A DNA stretch of 53,673 nucleotides, from the NCBI GenBank assembly GCA_944387535.1, contig CALXFI010000004.1, positions 1-53,673 on the forward strand, written 5' to 3'. Below the pieces are notes generated by a model, which did not search any database, was not told where the DNA came from, and saw nothing but the letters and a program-made list of their open reading frames with translations. This DNA is from an uncultured Clostridia bacterium. Its GTDB lineage: Bacteria; Bacillota; Clostridia; TANB77; CAG-508. The translations under genes were made by a program, and so were the position numbers. Positions 1 through 9,763 of this stretch are shown here, piece after piece (position 1 is the first letter of the stretch; each line of letters opens with the position of its first letter).

Positions 1-327
1 CCATGCTTATTTTTCTAATATTTCCCTTGTTTTTATGTTATTTCTAAATTCTATTAATTCTATTCTTATTTCAATGTGCTATTTTTTATAAATTTTTAAT
101 GTGTTCTTGTTTTATCTTCTTTTTCCATAAAACTTTTCACACTATCAAATAATTACTAATTTAATTATACTACTAATATTATTATATTTAAATATATAAT
201 TTTTGGTAATTGTTTTTAGTAAATTTTTGATTTTAATTTTCTTCACAATATAACACAACTAATTTTATATTTCAATAACTTTGATTGTAAAAAACGTAAA
301 AATTAATAAAAAAATAAGAGTATTTAC

Positions 328-356
328 TTGAAAAATTTGATAATTCAAGATATAAT
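328..356 (+). promoter_or_regulatory. Putative sigma-A promoter for the DUF4321-radC-mre operon
   Basis: TTGAAA (328-333), 17 bp spacer, TATAAT (351-356). Confidence 0.6.
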
Positions 357-415
357 ACCTGTGTGGTAAAAAATAAATAGCCGTAAGAAGAAACGAATTT
401 TTTGGAGGGATAGAA

Positions 416-673
416 ATGGCAACAAAAGAAAAAAATGTATGGATATTATTAGTTTTTATATTATCAGGAATAGTAATAGGTGGATTATTAGGAGAATTAG
501 CGTCAAAAGTTAGTTGGCTTTGGTGGTTATCATATGGTCAAAGTTTTGGATTAAATACACCTATAACTCTTGATTTAAGTGTTATACAAATAACATTTGG
601 ATTAATGTTTAAAATTAATATAGCAAGTATAATAGGAATGGTACTTGCAGTGTTTATTTATAAAAAATTATAG
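416..673 (+). CDS. Small membrane protein, DUF4321-like
   Basis: GGAGG RBS; 85 aa hydrophobic protein with G-x-x-I-G-G-L-L-G and SIIG motifs; usual position upstream of radC-mreB in Clostridia. Confidence 0.75.
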   Translation: MATKEKNVWILLVFILSGIVIGGLLGELASKVSWLWWLSYGQSFGLNTPITLDLSVIQITFGLMFKINIASIIGMVLAVFIYKKL

Positions 674-736
674 AAATTTGTAAGGGGCAAAATATAGGGA
701 AATCTAAAAAAGAAAGGATTTGAGAATATTTTGTCT

Positions 737-1447
737 ATGAAAATGAAAGAATTACCAGAATTAGAAAGGCCATACGAAAAATTGGAAATGTATGGAGAAA
801 AAGCATTATCAGATGCAGAATTACTTGCAATAATAATAAAAACAGGAACAAGAGAAGAAACAGCAGTGCAATTGGCACAAAAGCTACTTAGTTTAAATAA
901 CACAACAGCTGAAAACTTAAATTACCTAAATACATTAACAATACAAGAACTAATGCTGCAAAAAGGAATAGGAAAAGTAAAGGCAATACAATTAAAAGCT
1001 GTAGGAGAAATAGCAGTTAGAATGTTTAAAACATCAAGTTATAAGAAAGCGGTCATAAAGTATCCACAAGACTTAGCTAAAATGTTAATGAGTGATTTAA
1101 AATTACAAAAGGAAGAAGTTGTAAAAGTAGCTGTTTTAAATTCTAGAAATGAAATATTAAAAATAGAAGATGTAGCGAAAGGAACAATTAATATTGTAGA
1201 AATTCCTATAAAAGATATTTTATATGAACCAATTAGAATGAAAGCACCAAAATTTATATTGGTACATAATCATCCAAGTGGAGATCCATCACCAAGTAAT
1301 ACTGATATATTGTATACTGAAAAAATAAACAATATGGCAAAAGAAATAGGACTTGAAATGTTAGACCACTTAATAATTGGAAATATGAAATATACAAGTG
1401 TCTTTACAGAAATTGCTTTATTAGAAAAACGAATGATGAATACATAA
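737..1447 (+). CDS. radC: RadC (JAB/MPN-domain) family protein
   Basis: ERPYEKL, LSDAELLAII, GIGKVKA and HNHPSGDPSPS..D..DH motifs; start ATG 737 (TTG 731 alternative). Confidence 0.93.
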   Translation: MKMKELPELERPYEKLEMYGEKALSDAELLAIIIKTGTREETAVQLAQKLLSLNNTTAENLNYLNTLTIQELMLQKGIGKVKAIQLKAVGEIAVRMFKTSSYKKAVIKYPQDLAKMLMSDLKLQKEEVVKVAVLNSRNEILKIEDVAKGTINIVEIPIKDILYEPIRMKAPKFILVHNHPSGDPSPSNTDILYTEKINNMAKEIGLEMLDHLIIGNMKYTSVFTEIALLEKRMMNT

Positions 1448-1487
1448 AGGAAAAACTAAACTAAAATAAAGAAAGGAACTTAGAATT

Positions 1488-2522
1488 ATGAAATTATTTA
1501 CATTTGGTTCAAAAGATATTGGAATTGATTTAGGAACAGCTAATCTTTTAGTAGCTTTAAAAGGAAAAGGAATTGTTTTAAAAGAACCATCAGTGGTTGC
1601 GATAAATAGAAGAACTGGAAATATTGTAGCAACAGGGACAGAAGCAAAAGAAATGCTAGGAAGAACGCCAGAACAAATAAGCGCGGTAAGACCTATGAAA
1701 GATGGCGTTATAGCAGATTTTACAGCAACACAATTAATGCTTAAAAATATAATTGCAAAAGTAGGAAAAAGATATAATATAGGAAGACCAAGAGTAGTAG
1801 TGGGTGTGCCATCTGGAATAACAGAAGTAGAAGAAAGAGCAGTAGAAGAAGCAGTAATGCAAGCAGGTGCGAAAGAAGTATATCTAATAGAAGAGCCAAT
1901 GGCAGCAGCAATTGGAGCATCTTTAGATGTTGGAGAACCTAGCGGAAATATTATTGTTGATATTGGAGGAGGAACAACAGAAGTAGCAGTTATATCTTTA
2001 GGAGGAATAGTAGTAAGTCATTCACTAAGAGTTGCAGGAGACGAGCTTGATGAAGATATAGTAAATTATATAAAACGCGAAATGAATTTAGCAATTGGTG
2101 ATACAACTGCAGAACAAATAAAGATACAATTGGGGTGTGCAATGCCACTTATGACAGAAATGTCCATGGAGATTAGAGGAAGAGACCTAAGTTCAGGTTT
2201 ACCTAAAAATATTACAATTACATCTACACAAGTGGAAGAAGCTATGAGAGAGTCAATCTCAAAAATAGTAGAAATAGTAAAAATGACATTAGAAAAAACT
2301 CCACCAGAACTTGCAGCAGATATCATGGAAAAGGGTATAGTTTTAGCAGGAGGAGGAGCTTTAATTAAAAATTTGGACAAGTTAATAAGCAAAGAAACTG
2401 GAATGCCTGTTTATGTAGCAGATGAACCATTAGACTGTGTGGTAAGAGGTGCAGGGAAAACGTTAGAAGATTTAGAACGTTTAGGTAGAGTTCTTGTGAA
2501 TGCAAGAAATAATAGAAGATAA
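1488..2522 (+). CDS. mreB: Rod shape-determining actin homologue MreB
   Basis: [42 protein letters not shown] motifs. Confidence 0.97.
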   Translation: MKLFTFGSKDIGIDLGTANLLVALKGKGIVLKEPSVVAINRRTGNIVATGTEAKEMLGRTPEQISAVRPMKDGVIADFTATQLMLKNIIAKVGKRYNIGRPRVVVGVPSGITEVEERAVEEAVMQAGAKEVYLIEEPMAAAIGASLDVGEPSGNIIVDIGGGTTEVAVISLGGIVVSHSLRVAGDELDEDIVNYIKREMNLAIGDTTAEQIKIQLGCAMPLMTEMSMEIRGRDLSSGLPKNITITSTQVEEAMRESISKIVEIVKMTLEKTPPELAADIMEKGIVLAGGGALIKNLDKLISKETGMPVYVADEPLDCVVRGAGKTLEDLERLGRVLVNARNNRR

Positions 2523-2540
2523 AGAAGATTGGAGTAAAAA

Positions 2541-3356
2541 ATGTATAGAAAGAAGAAAAGTGGAATTATAGGGATTATTATTACTATTATAATTTTAATT
2601 TTGATTGTAATATTTTCAAATGGAGAAACAAACACAAGCTTCTTTGAAAATGCTGCAACTAATTTGGTTATGCCTATACAAAATGGTTTAACATACTTAA
2701 AAAATAAATTAAGTGTAAATAGCACATTTTTTACAGATATCAATAATTTAAAACAAGAAAATGAAGAGTTAAAGCAAAAAAATAGTGAATTAGAACAATC
2801 ATTAAGGGAACTTGAAAATATTAAAACACAAAATGAAACATTACAAGAATATTTAAATTTGAGTGAAAAATATGGAGAATATACTACAGTACCAGGATAT
2901 GTAATAAATAAAGACATCAGCAATTATTCAAAAACAATAGTAATAAATATAGGAAGCGATGATGGAGTACAAGAAAACATGACAGTAATTGGTGACCAAG
3001 GACTAGTAGGACATGTAATTTCTGTAACAAATAATACAGCAAAAGTACAAACAATTATAGATACAGGAAGCTCAGTTAGTTGTACATTGAGTACAACAGA
3101 TGATAGTATAGTGTGTAAAGGAACATTAGAGGAAAACTCTACATTAAGAGGAATGTATATACCTACAGATGCTAATGTTGTTCAAGGAGACAGCGTAGAA
3201 ACTTCAGGACTTGGAGGTATTTATCCAAAAGGTATTCATGTTGGAACAGTAAGAAGTGTGGAAAATGCCCAAAATATAACAGATAGATATGCTACAATAG
3301 ATACAGCAGTAAATTTTGATAAGTTAGACACAGTACTTGTAATTACAAATCAATAA
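2541..3356 (+). CDS. mreC: Rod shape-determining protein MreC
   Basis: N-terminal TM helix, coiled coil, GLVGHV and TSGLGGIYPKGIHVG motifs; follows mreB. Confidence 0.93.
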   Translation: MYRKKKSGIIGIIITIIILILIVIFSNGETNTSFFENAATNLVMPIQNGLTYLKNKLSVNSTFFTDINNLKQENEELKQKNSELEQSLRELENIKTQNETLQEYLNLSEKYGEYTTVPGYVINKDISNYSKTIVINIGSDDGVQENMTVIGDQGLVGHVISVTNNTAKVQTIIDTGSSVSCTLSTTDDSIVCKGTLEENSTLRGMYIPTDANVVQGDSVETSGLGGIYPKGIHVGTVRSVENAQNITDRYATIDTAVNFDKLDTVLVITNQ

Positions 3357-3369
3357 AGAGGTGAATTAA

Positions 3370-3904
3370 TTGAAAAAACTAGTTATTAATATAGTGTTAG
3401 TTTTAGTGCGGGTTAATTATATATTATCTTCAATCAAACTTCTTTACATGGTTTAAAATTGCAGATGTTATGCCTAATTTATTTGTTATATATGTATTGT
3501 TTATCGGATTATTTGCAAGTAGAACAGTTGGGACAATTTATGGAGTGGCAACAGGATTAATACTTGATTTATTGCTTGGAGCACAAGTAGGCATAAATGC
3601 TGTAACATTAGGGTTAGTAGGATTTTTAGCAGGAGTATTTGATAAAAATTTTTCAAAAGATAGTAGAATGACAATAATGCTTATGGTATTTGGTTCTACT
3701 TTTTTAGTAGAAGTCTTAAATTATTTATTACATTATATGTTCTTATCAACAAATGTAGAGATAATAAGCTTTTTAAGAACGCTTGCAATTGAGATTATAT
3801 ATAATTTAATTTTAACAATTATATTATATCCTATTATACAAAAAGCAGGATATTATATAGAAAATGAATATAAAGGAAATAAAATTTTAACAAGATATTT
3901 TTAG
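3370..3904 (+). CDS. mreD: Rod shape-determining protein MreD; needs a +1 shift at CGG 3409-3411
   Basis: GAGGTG RBS then TTG 3370 (MKKLVINIVLVLV); skipping C3409 continues GLIIYYLQSNFFTWFKIADVMPNL into ORF 3470..3904; lies between mreC and mrdA. Confidence 0.88.
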
Positions 3905-3935
3905 AAGATGGATATAAAAGAAAGAAGGTGATAGT

Positions 3936-6057
3936 TTGATAAGAAGAAATAAAACTCAAAAAAAAGCTAATATAAATCTTAGATTTAATTTATTAACAGT
4001 TTTGGTTTATATTATAGGAATAATATTAATTGTCAAACTATTTAGCCTTCAAATAGTACATGGTGCAGAATATAGAGAAGAGTCAAATACAAGACTTACA
4101 AGAGAAAGTACATTAGAGGCAGCAAGAGGAGATATATTAGATAGGACAGGTGCAACGTTAGTTAGTTCTGATATGCAATTTTCTTTAGAAATGTATAAAA
4201 CTAAAATCGATGATAATGAACTTAATATTTCTATTTTAAATATGATACAAGTTCTTGAAAAATACGGAGTTTCTTATCCAGATAGTTTTCCTATTAGCAT
4301 TAACCCATATACATTCACAATCTCAGACGAAAATTTAGCAGAATGGAAAGAGAATAATGATTTAGATGAAAATATAAGCGCGGAAGAAGCGTTTAATAAA
4401 TTTGTGGATAAATATGAGATAACAAATACAACTAATGTTGAAGAAATAAGAAAAATAATAGCAATTAGATATCAAATATCTATAGAAGGTTATAGTAGCA
4501 CAAAATCAATTACAATAGCAGAAAATATACCAAGAGAAGCAGTGGCAGAATTTAGTGAAAGTTCAGATAAATTTGCAGGAATAAATATTTCAGTAAAACC
4601 TGTAAGAAAATATACATCAGGAACCTTAGCGGCACATATTTTAGGTTATGCTTCACAAATAAGTAGCGAAGAGTATGAGACAAGAAAAGATACATATAGT
4701 CAAAATGATATTATTGGGAAAACTGGAATTGAATCTGTTTTTGAAGAATATCTAAAAGGAAAAAATGGAACAAAACAAATAGATATGGCTGTTGATGGAA
4801 CGACAACTGCTGAATATGTTGCAAAAGAAGCAGTAGAGGGGTCTGATGTAGTACTTACTATAGATGCTAATCTTCAAAAGGTCACAGAAGATGCATTAGC
4901 TGCAAATATTCAAAAAATCGCAAGTGGAGGCTTTGGACAAAGATTTGATGCAAAATCTGGAGCTTGTGTAGTTATGAATGTAAATAGTGGCGAAATATTA
5001 GCAATGGCAAGTTACCCTACATATAATCCAGCAGATTTCGTAGGGCGGAATAAGCACAGAAAATTGGAATAAATATAATAATGATGCAGCACATCCTTTA
5101 GTAAATAAAGCAGTACAAAGTTCGTATTCACCTGGATCAACTTTTAAAATGGTAACAGCAATAGCTGGATTACAATCAGGCGCAATAGATTTAAATACAA
5201 GAATAAATGATACAGGTATATATACAAAATATAAAGATTTTCAGCCAAGATGTTGGTATTACAATGATTATCATAGGGGGCATGGTTGGCTTGATGTTTC
5301 AGGTGCTATTGAAAAATCTTGTAACTATTTCTTCTATGAAACTGCAGATAGAATGGGTATAGATACTTTAGCAAAATTTGCAAGATATTTTGGTTTAGGA
5401 ACAAAAACAGGAGTTGAATTACCAAGTGAAACATCAGGATATGTTGCATGTCCTGAAACAAAAGCGGTGCTACATCCAGATGATCCATCTTGGTATTCTG
5501 GTAATACCTTACAAGCAGCTATTGGACAAAGTGATAACTATTTTACTCCTGTGCAAATGGCAAGATATATAAGCATGCTAGCAAACGGAGGAAATAGAAT
5601 AAATCCTACTATAGTAAGAACTATTAGAAATGCAGATGGTTCAGAGGTATCAAAAGATGAAATTGAAAGTTTTGTAAATAAAAAATTAGGAATTGAAGAA
5701 GAACAGATAGAAGATATTGATATAAAACAAGAATATTTGAATGCTGTTCTTGCAGGTATGGAGTCTGTTACACAAGATAGTTCTGGTACAGCATATGTAA
5801 GATTTAAAGATTTTGGAATTAGTGTAGGAGGAAAAACAGGTTCAGCAGAGACAACTGGAGGAGTTAATGCTTGGTTTGTTGGTTTTGCACCTTTTGAAAA
5901 CCCAGAAATTGCAATTGTAGTTATAGTAGAAAATGGTGGACATGGAAACTATACTGCAGAAGTTGTAAGAGATATAATGGAAGAATATTTTGGAATGAAT
6001 GTTCAAACTGTAGAAGAAGATATGACAGCGGAACCATATGTTCAAATAATGAACTAA
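3936..6057 (+). CDS. mrdA: Penicillin-binding protein 2 (class B PBP); needs a +1 shift at CGG 5046-5048
   Basis: ARGDILDR dimerisation domain and GEILAMASYP in ORF 3936..5072; +1 frame continues GISTENW...PGSTFK (SxxK) into ORF 5149..6057 carrying SCN (SxN) and KTG; about 706 aa joined. Confidence 0.92.
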
Positions 6058-6094
6058 TGAGAAAATTGGGGATAGGTCTCAATTTTCTCATTTT
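6057..6094 (+). terminator. Intrinsic terminator after mrdA
   Basis: ATGAGAAAATTG...CAATTTTCTCAT inverted repeat followed by T run. Confidence 0.7.
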
Positions 6095-6101
6095 GAAATA
6101 G

Positions 6102-6354
6102 GGCAACCGCAATCCCACGGCTTTAGACGGTGGGTCAAGGTTGCCAAAAATAAATTTCTGTGTTATACTATCGGTAAATGCAAAGCATGACAAGGATATA
6201 AATGTTGCGACAAATATCCTTATGGAAGGGTTAAGAAAAATGGCATAGAGAAAAACATAGGGCAGGGACAGCCCAAATTAACGCCTGTGGAGATAGTAGG
6301 TTACGAGGTCTATGAAGCAGGAAGCCCATTGGCTTTAGACAATGGGTAGTTCAC
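6102..6354 (+). mobile_element. Miniature internally deleted IS200/IS605 element (left end, tnpB 3' remnant, omegaRNA-like region, right end)
   Basis: Left hairpin GGCAACC..CCCACGGCTTTAGACGGTGGG..GGTTGCC; residual frame ...KHDKDINVATNIL...* (6174-6248); right end GAAGCCCATTGGCTTTAGACAATGGGTAGTTCAC. Confidence 0.8.
6174..6248 (+). pseudogene. tnpB: tnpB C-terminal remnant
   Basis: VNAKHDKDINVATNILMEGLRKMA* resembles the TnpB HDRDxNAAxNIL RuvC-III motif. Confidence 0.7.
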
Positions 6355-6522
6355 TAAAAAGAAAAGAGAAAAATAGAGAAAAATAGAAAAAAATAAAAAC
6401 AGGGAACTTTAGTAATTTTTTAGATTTAAGCTACGCTTACCAGCAATTTGGCTACCTTCCATTTCCCTACGCCAAATTGCCTAATCTAAAAAATTACTTA
6501 TTCTTTTTCTTTTTTAAAAAAA

Positions 6523-6566
6523 TAATGCTAGAATTTTTACAAATAAGTTGTAAATTTCTAGCATTA
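6523..6566 (-). terminator. Terminator of the rpn gene pair
   Basis: TAATGCTAGAA..TTTACAA / TTGTAAA..TTCTAGCATTA inverted repeat; A run at 6516-6522 gives the U tract on the minus strand. Confidence 0.7.
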
Positions 6567-6570
6567 AAAA

Positions 6571-6852
6571 TTAAATTTGTTTTCTTATTTCTTCTATTTC
6601 CTTTTCTGTTAAACCTGTATATTTTTCTATAATTTTGATTTCCATATTATCTTTTAGCATTTTTTTAGCTGTTTCTATTTTATTTTCTCTTTTACCCTTA
6701 GTAAAACCTTCTTCCCTAAAATTATTTTCACTTATCCTTTGGAGAAATTCTTCAGTTTGAATATCCTCATACATTTGCTTTTCTTTTGGATATTTTTCTA
6801 ATACTTTCATAGCTTCTACAACTTTTTCGTAATTACTTTTTGATATGCCCAC
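6571..6852 (-). CDS. Stand-alone copy of an Rpn C-terminal region (RpnS-like small protein)
   Basis: GTG start with AAGGTGA RBS, overlapping the rpn stop; shares IQTEEFLQRISENNFREEGFTKGKRENKIETAKKML with 6833..7741. Confidence 0.7.
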   Translation of the reverse strand: MGISKSNYEKVVEAMKVLEKYPKEKQMYEDIQTEEFLQRISENNFREEGFTKGKRENKIETAKKMLKDNMEIKIIEKYTGLTEKEIEEIRKQI

Positions 6853-7039
6853 TTATATCACCTTCACTTTTTATTTTTTCTATTTCTTTTTTTGAAAGTT
6901 CAGTAAGCTCCATTATTTCTTCTATATTAAAGTTTTTATTAAGCATTTTTTTAGCTGTTTCTATTTTATTTTCTCTTTTACCCTTAGTAAAACCTTCTTC
7001 CCTAAAATTATTTTCACTTATCCTTTGGAGAAATTCTTC
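6656..7039. repeat. Direct repeat: 6656-6753 and 6942-7039
   Basis: Identical segments by eye at offset 286; similarity extends about 20 bp further. Confidence 0.85.
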
Positions 7040-7741
7040 TGTTTGGATAGCCTCATACATTTCCCTTTCTTTAGGGTCTAAACTTATTCTTTCTAATGTA
7101 TCCATAGCTTTCTTCACCTTCTTATTTTTTCTTTTTACCATTTCCATCTTCTCCTCATCTCCAGAAAATAGCCATAGCCACTCATCTAACTTTGTTTTTA
7201 TACTAGGATTTTTCTTGAAATATTTTGGAAGTTCTATGTAATGCATTTCTATATATCTTGATGCTATTTTATCTTGCTTACTATATCCCATATCTACATA
7301 AAATTCTTCTTTAATTTCATCAAATCTTAACCTTGTTATACTATGATAGCTATTTCTTTTATAATAATTAAAATCTAATATTCCTATAAATATAGCTTTA
7401 TTTAATTTTGTATATTTTTCTCCTGCTTGTAATTGCTCTGATATTAATCTTGTAGGATATACTGTACTTCTTTCTTCAATATTTTTTTCATCTGTTGTTT
7501 GCATTTCTATATCGACTATTGTTCCATCATCTAGTTCTGCTTTAATATCTAATACAAACTTTTTACCATTTTCTTTTTCTGATACCATTTCTGGATTTTT
7601 TACTGTTACTTTTACTATTCTTCTTTCTAGTATTGCTTCCAATAAGTTTAATAATACATCTTCATTTCCTTTATATGCAAAAATTCTCTTAAAGACATAA
7701 TCATTTTTTATCGGAAGTAATTCTATTTGTTTTTTTACCAT
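6833..7741 (-). CDS. Rpn-family recombination-promoting nuclease / PD-(D/E)XK putative transposase
   Basis: NDYVFKRIF, LDIKAELDDGTIVDIEMQ, HYIELPK, LDEWLWLF and ETAKKML..I.ELT.LS motifs. Confidence 0.9.
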   Translation of the reverse strand: MVKKQIELLPIKNDYVFKRIFAYKGNEDVLLNLLEAILERRIVKVTVKNPEMVSEKENGKKFVLDIKAELDDGTIVDIEMQTTDEKNIEERSTVYPTRLISEQLQAGEKYTKLNKAIFIGILDFNYYKRNSYHSITRLRFDEIKEEFYVDMGYSKQDKIASRYIEMHYIELPKYFKKNPSIKTKLDEWLWLFSGDEEKMEMVKRKNKKVKKAMDTLERISLDPKEREMYEAIQTEEFLQRISENNFREEGFTKGKRENKIETAKKMLNKNFNIEEIMELTELSKKEIEKIKSEGDISGHIKK

Positions 7742-7933
7742 TTATTACTTCCTTTCTATTTTACCAAAAAGGCATGCTAAAAGCAACCTTTAGGGTAAAA
7801 ATTTATTAAATTGTTTTTGCTTGAATTTTATTTCGATTAAAAAATTACGAATAAATCTTAAAAATTTTTGATTTAAAATTAACAGTAGCGCCACTGTAAT
7901 AATGGTATATTAGCACATAAATTTTAAAAAGTC

Positions 7934-7950
7934 TGTCGAAACCTGTCGAC
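7934..7950 (+). promoter_or_regulatory. Possible tandem Spo0A boxes
   Basis: TGTCGAA (7934-7940, matches TGNCGAA) and TGTCGAC (7944-7950), 10 bp apart, upstream of the minC promoter. Confidence 0.4.
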
Positions 7951-8004
7951 AAGCTAAAAATTTTAAAAAATTAAAAAGTAAAAATGATTTCATTTTGATT
8001 TTTA

Positions 8005-8033
8005 TTGACAATAAGAAAAATCTATATTATATT
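8005..8033 (+). promoter_or_regulatory. Putative sigma-A promoter of minC
   Basis: TTGACA, 17 bp, TATATT. Confidence 0.6.
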
Positions 8034-8070
8034 TTAAGTAGAAATTTGTAAAAAATGGAAGGATGTAAAA

Positions 8071-8685
8071 ATGAAAAATAATTATGTAAGTATTAACTTG
8101 AAAAAAGATGAAATAGTAATAAAATTAGATGAAAATGCAGAACAAGGGCAAATTATTTCTGTTTTGAGGAAAAAATTACCTGAACTAAAAAAGTTATATA
8201 AAGATGAAAAAACGCCAATAAAGGTTACAGGAAAAATATTAAAAAATAAAGAAATTGATGAAATACAAGCTTTAATAAAAGAAAAAATAGATGTAGAAAT
8301 AGATTTTGATATGCCAAAAAGCTTAGGGCTTTCTAGTATTAAGAGAGCTTTTGATAAAGAAATAGCAGTATCAGAAACAAAATTCCATAGAGGATCTTTA
8401 AGATCAGGACAAAAAATGGAAACAGAAGGAAGTTTAGTAATAATAGGCGATGTGAATTCCGGAGCAGAAGTAATGGCATCTGACAATATAGTTGTTTTAG
8501 GAGCGTTAAGAGGACTTGCTCATGCAGGAGCTAAAGGAAATAAACAAGCAATAATAGCTGCAGGATTATTTGATGCTGTACAGGTTAGAATAGCAAACAT
8601 AGTAAAAGAAATTAATCGCGATGAAGAACCACTACATAAGCAGGCATATCTTAGTGTAGTAGATGACAAAATAATAATAGAGTAA
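8071..8685 (+). CDS. minC: Septum site-determining protein MinC
   Basis: SLRSGQ, IIGDVNSGAEV, GALRGLAHAG motifs. Confidence 0.93.
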   Translation: MKNNYVSINLKKDEIVIKLDENAEQGQIISVLRKKLPELKKLYKDEKTPIKVTGKILKNKEIDEIQALIKEKIDVEIDFDMPKSLGLSSIKRAFDKEIAVSETKFHRGSLRSGQKMETEGSLVIIGDVNSGAEVMASDNIVVLGALRGLAHAGAKGNKQAIIAAGLFDAVQVRIANIVKEINRDEEPLHKQAYLSVVDDKIIIE

Positions 8686-8686
8686 A

Positions 8687-9085
8687 CTAACTTAACAATA
8701 GTAATATTAAAATTCCAAATAAAATTTCATCTTGTACATCTTCTTTATAAAGGAAAAATAATAAACCAATTATAATAAGGTCATCCAAATATAATTTTAT
8801 TCCCAATATTTCTACAACTGGAGTATTTAAATCAGACTCAAGTAATGCAGAAAGATTGATATTGGCAAAAGAATTATTTCTAGATGTCCTTTTTTTGTTA
8901 CTATATCTGTCCTCTTTTTCTTCTCCATTTTGGTCTTTGCTTTCTTTTATTTCTTCTTGGTTTTGATTTTTGTCATTTAAGTTATTATTAGAGCCATTTT
9001 GAATATCCCCATTATTTATATAATAATGAGGATAATGTCGACTATAATAATTTGGATAGAAAGGAGAAAAAGGGAAAATTGGCAT
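8687..9085 (-). CDS. Hypothetical protein with C-terminal DDLIIIGLLFFL hydrophobic segment
   Basis: 132 aa ORF, start overlaps the stop of the upstream ORF, AAGGAG RBS. Confidence 0.7.
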   Translation of the reverse strand: MPIFPFSPFYPNYYSRHYPHYYINNGDIQNGSNNNLNDKNQNQEEIKESKDQNGEEKEDRYSNKKRTSRNNSFANINLSALLESDLNTPVVEILGIKLYLDDLIIIGLLFFLYKEDVQDEILFGILILLLLS

Positions 9086-9540
9086 TATTTAGGCTCCTTA
9101 TTATCATTTTTTAAAATTTCTGCAATTTTAGCAAAGTTAAGAAGATTAGAATATTGGTCTAATTTTTCTTTTTTATTATCACGTAAATAAGGCTTTAAAG
9201 AAGCAAGTAAATTATTTCTTGGGTCATTTGTTGTATTCATTTTTTCCATGATAGTTTTCATTTTCATAATAGTATTCATATCAATATTACTAAAGTCAAA
9301 AGAATTTGAAGAAGTATTGCTAGTATTGTTATTAGTGTTATTGCTAGCATTATTTTCATTATTATTTGCATTAATATTGTTGTTATTACTGTTATTATTA
9401 TTCATTATAGAAGAGAAATTTTGTATCATTTCTGGAGGAATTTTAGAAATTAAATCTTTAACATCTCCATTTTTCATCATATCATTTAATTTATTCATTG
9501 TATTGTTATCTATATTAAAGTTATTATCCAAATAAATCAC
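9085..9540 (-). CDS. Hypothetical Asn-rich protein (DPRxNLLxSLKPYL motif)
   Basis: 151 aa ORF with a poly-Asn linker; start position uncertain. Confidence 0.7.
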   Translation of the reverse strand: MIYLDNNFNIDNNTMNKLNDMMKNGDVKDLISKIPPEMIQNFSSIMNNNNSNNNNINANNNENNASNNTNNNTSNTSSNSFDFSNIDMNTIMKMKTIMEKMNTTNDPRNNLLASLKPYLRDNKKEKLDQYSNLLNFAKIAEILKNDNKEPK

Positions 9541-9698
9541 CTCTACTTAAATATATGCAAATTGATCTTATCTATGAAATATAATATGAAGTTAAAATAT
9601 AAAACGTTACAATTACAACTAAAAATCATACAAAAAAGTGAAATTTTAACAGAAAAAGAAAAATTTACATAAAAAGTTCAAAAAAATAGATAAAAACC

Positions 9699-9727
9699 TT
9701 GAAAAATCTACCAATAAAGGTTATAAT
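9699..9727 (+). promoter_or_regulatory. Putative sigma-A promoter of the surface-protein operon
   Basis: TTGAAA, 17 bp, TATAAT. Confidence 0.6.
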
Positions 9728-9763
9728 AGTAAATAGAGGTATTATAAACTAAGGAGGTTTATT

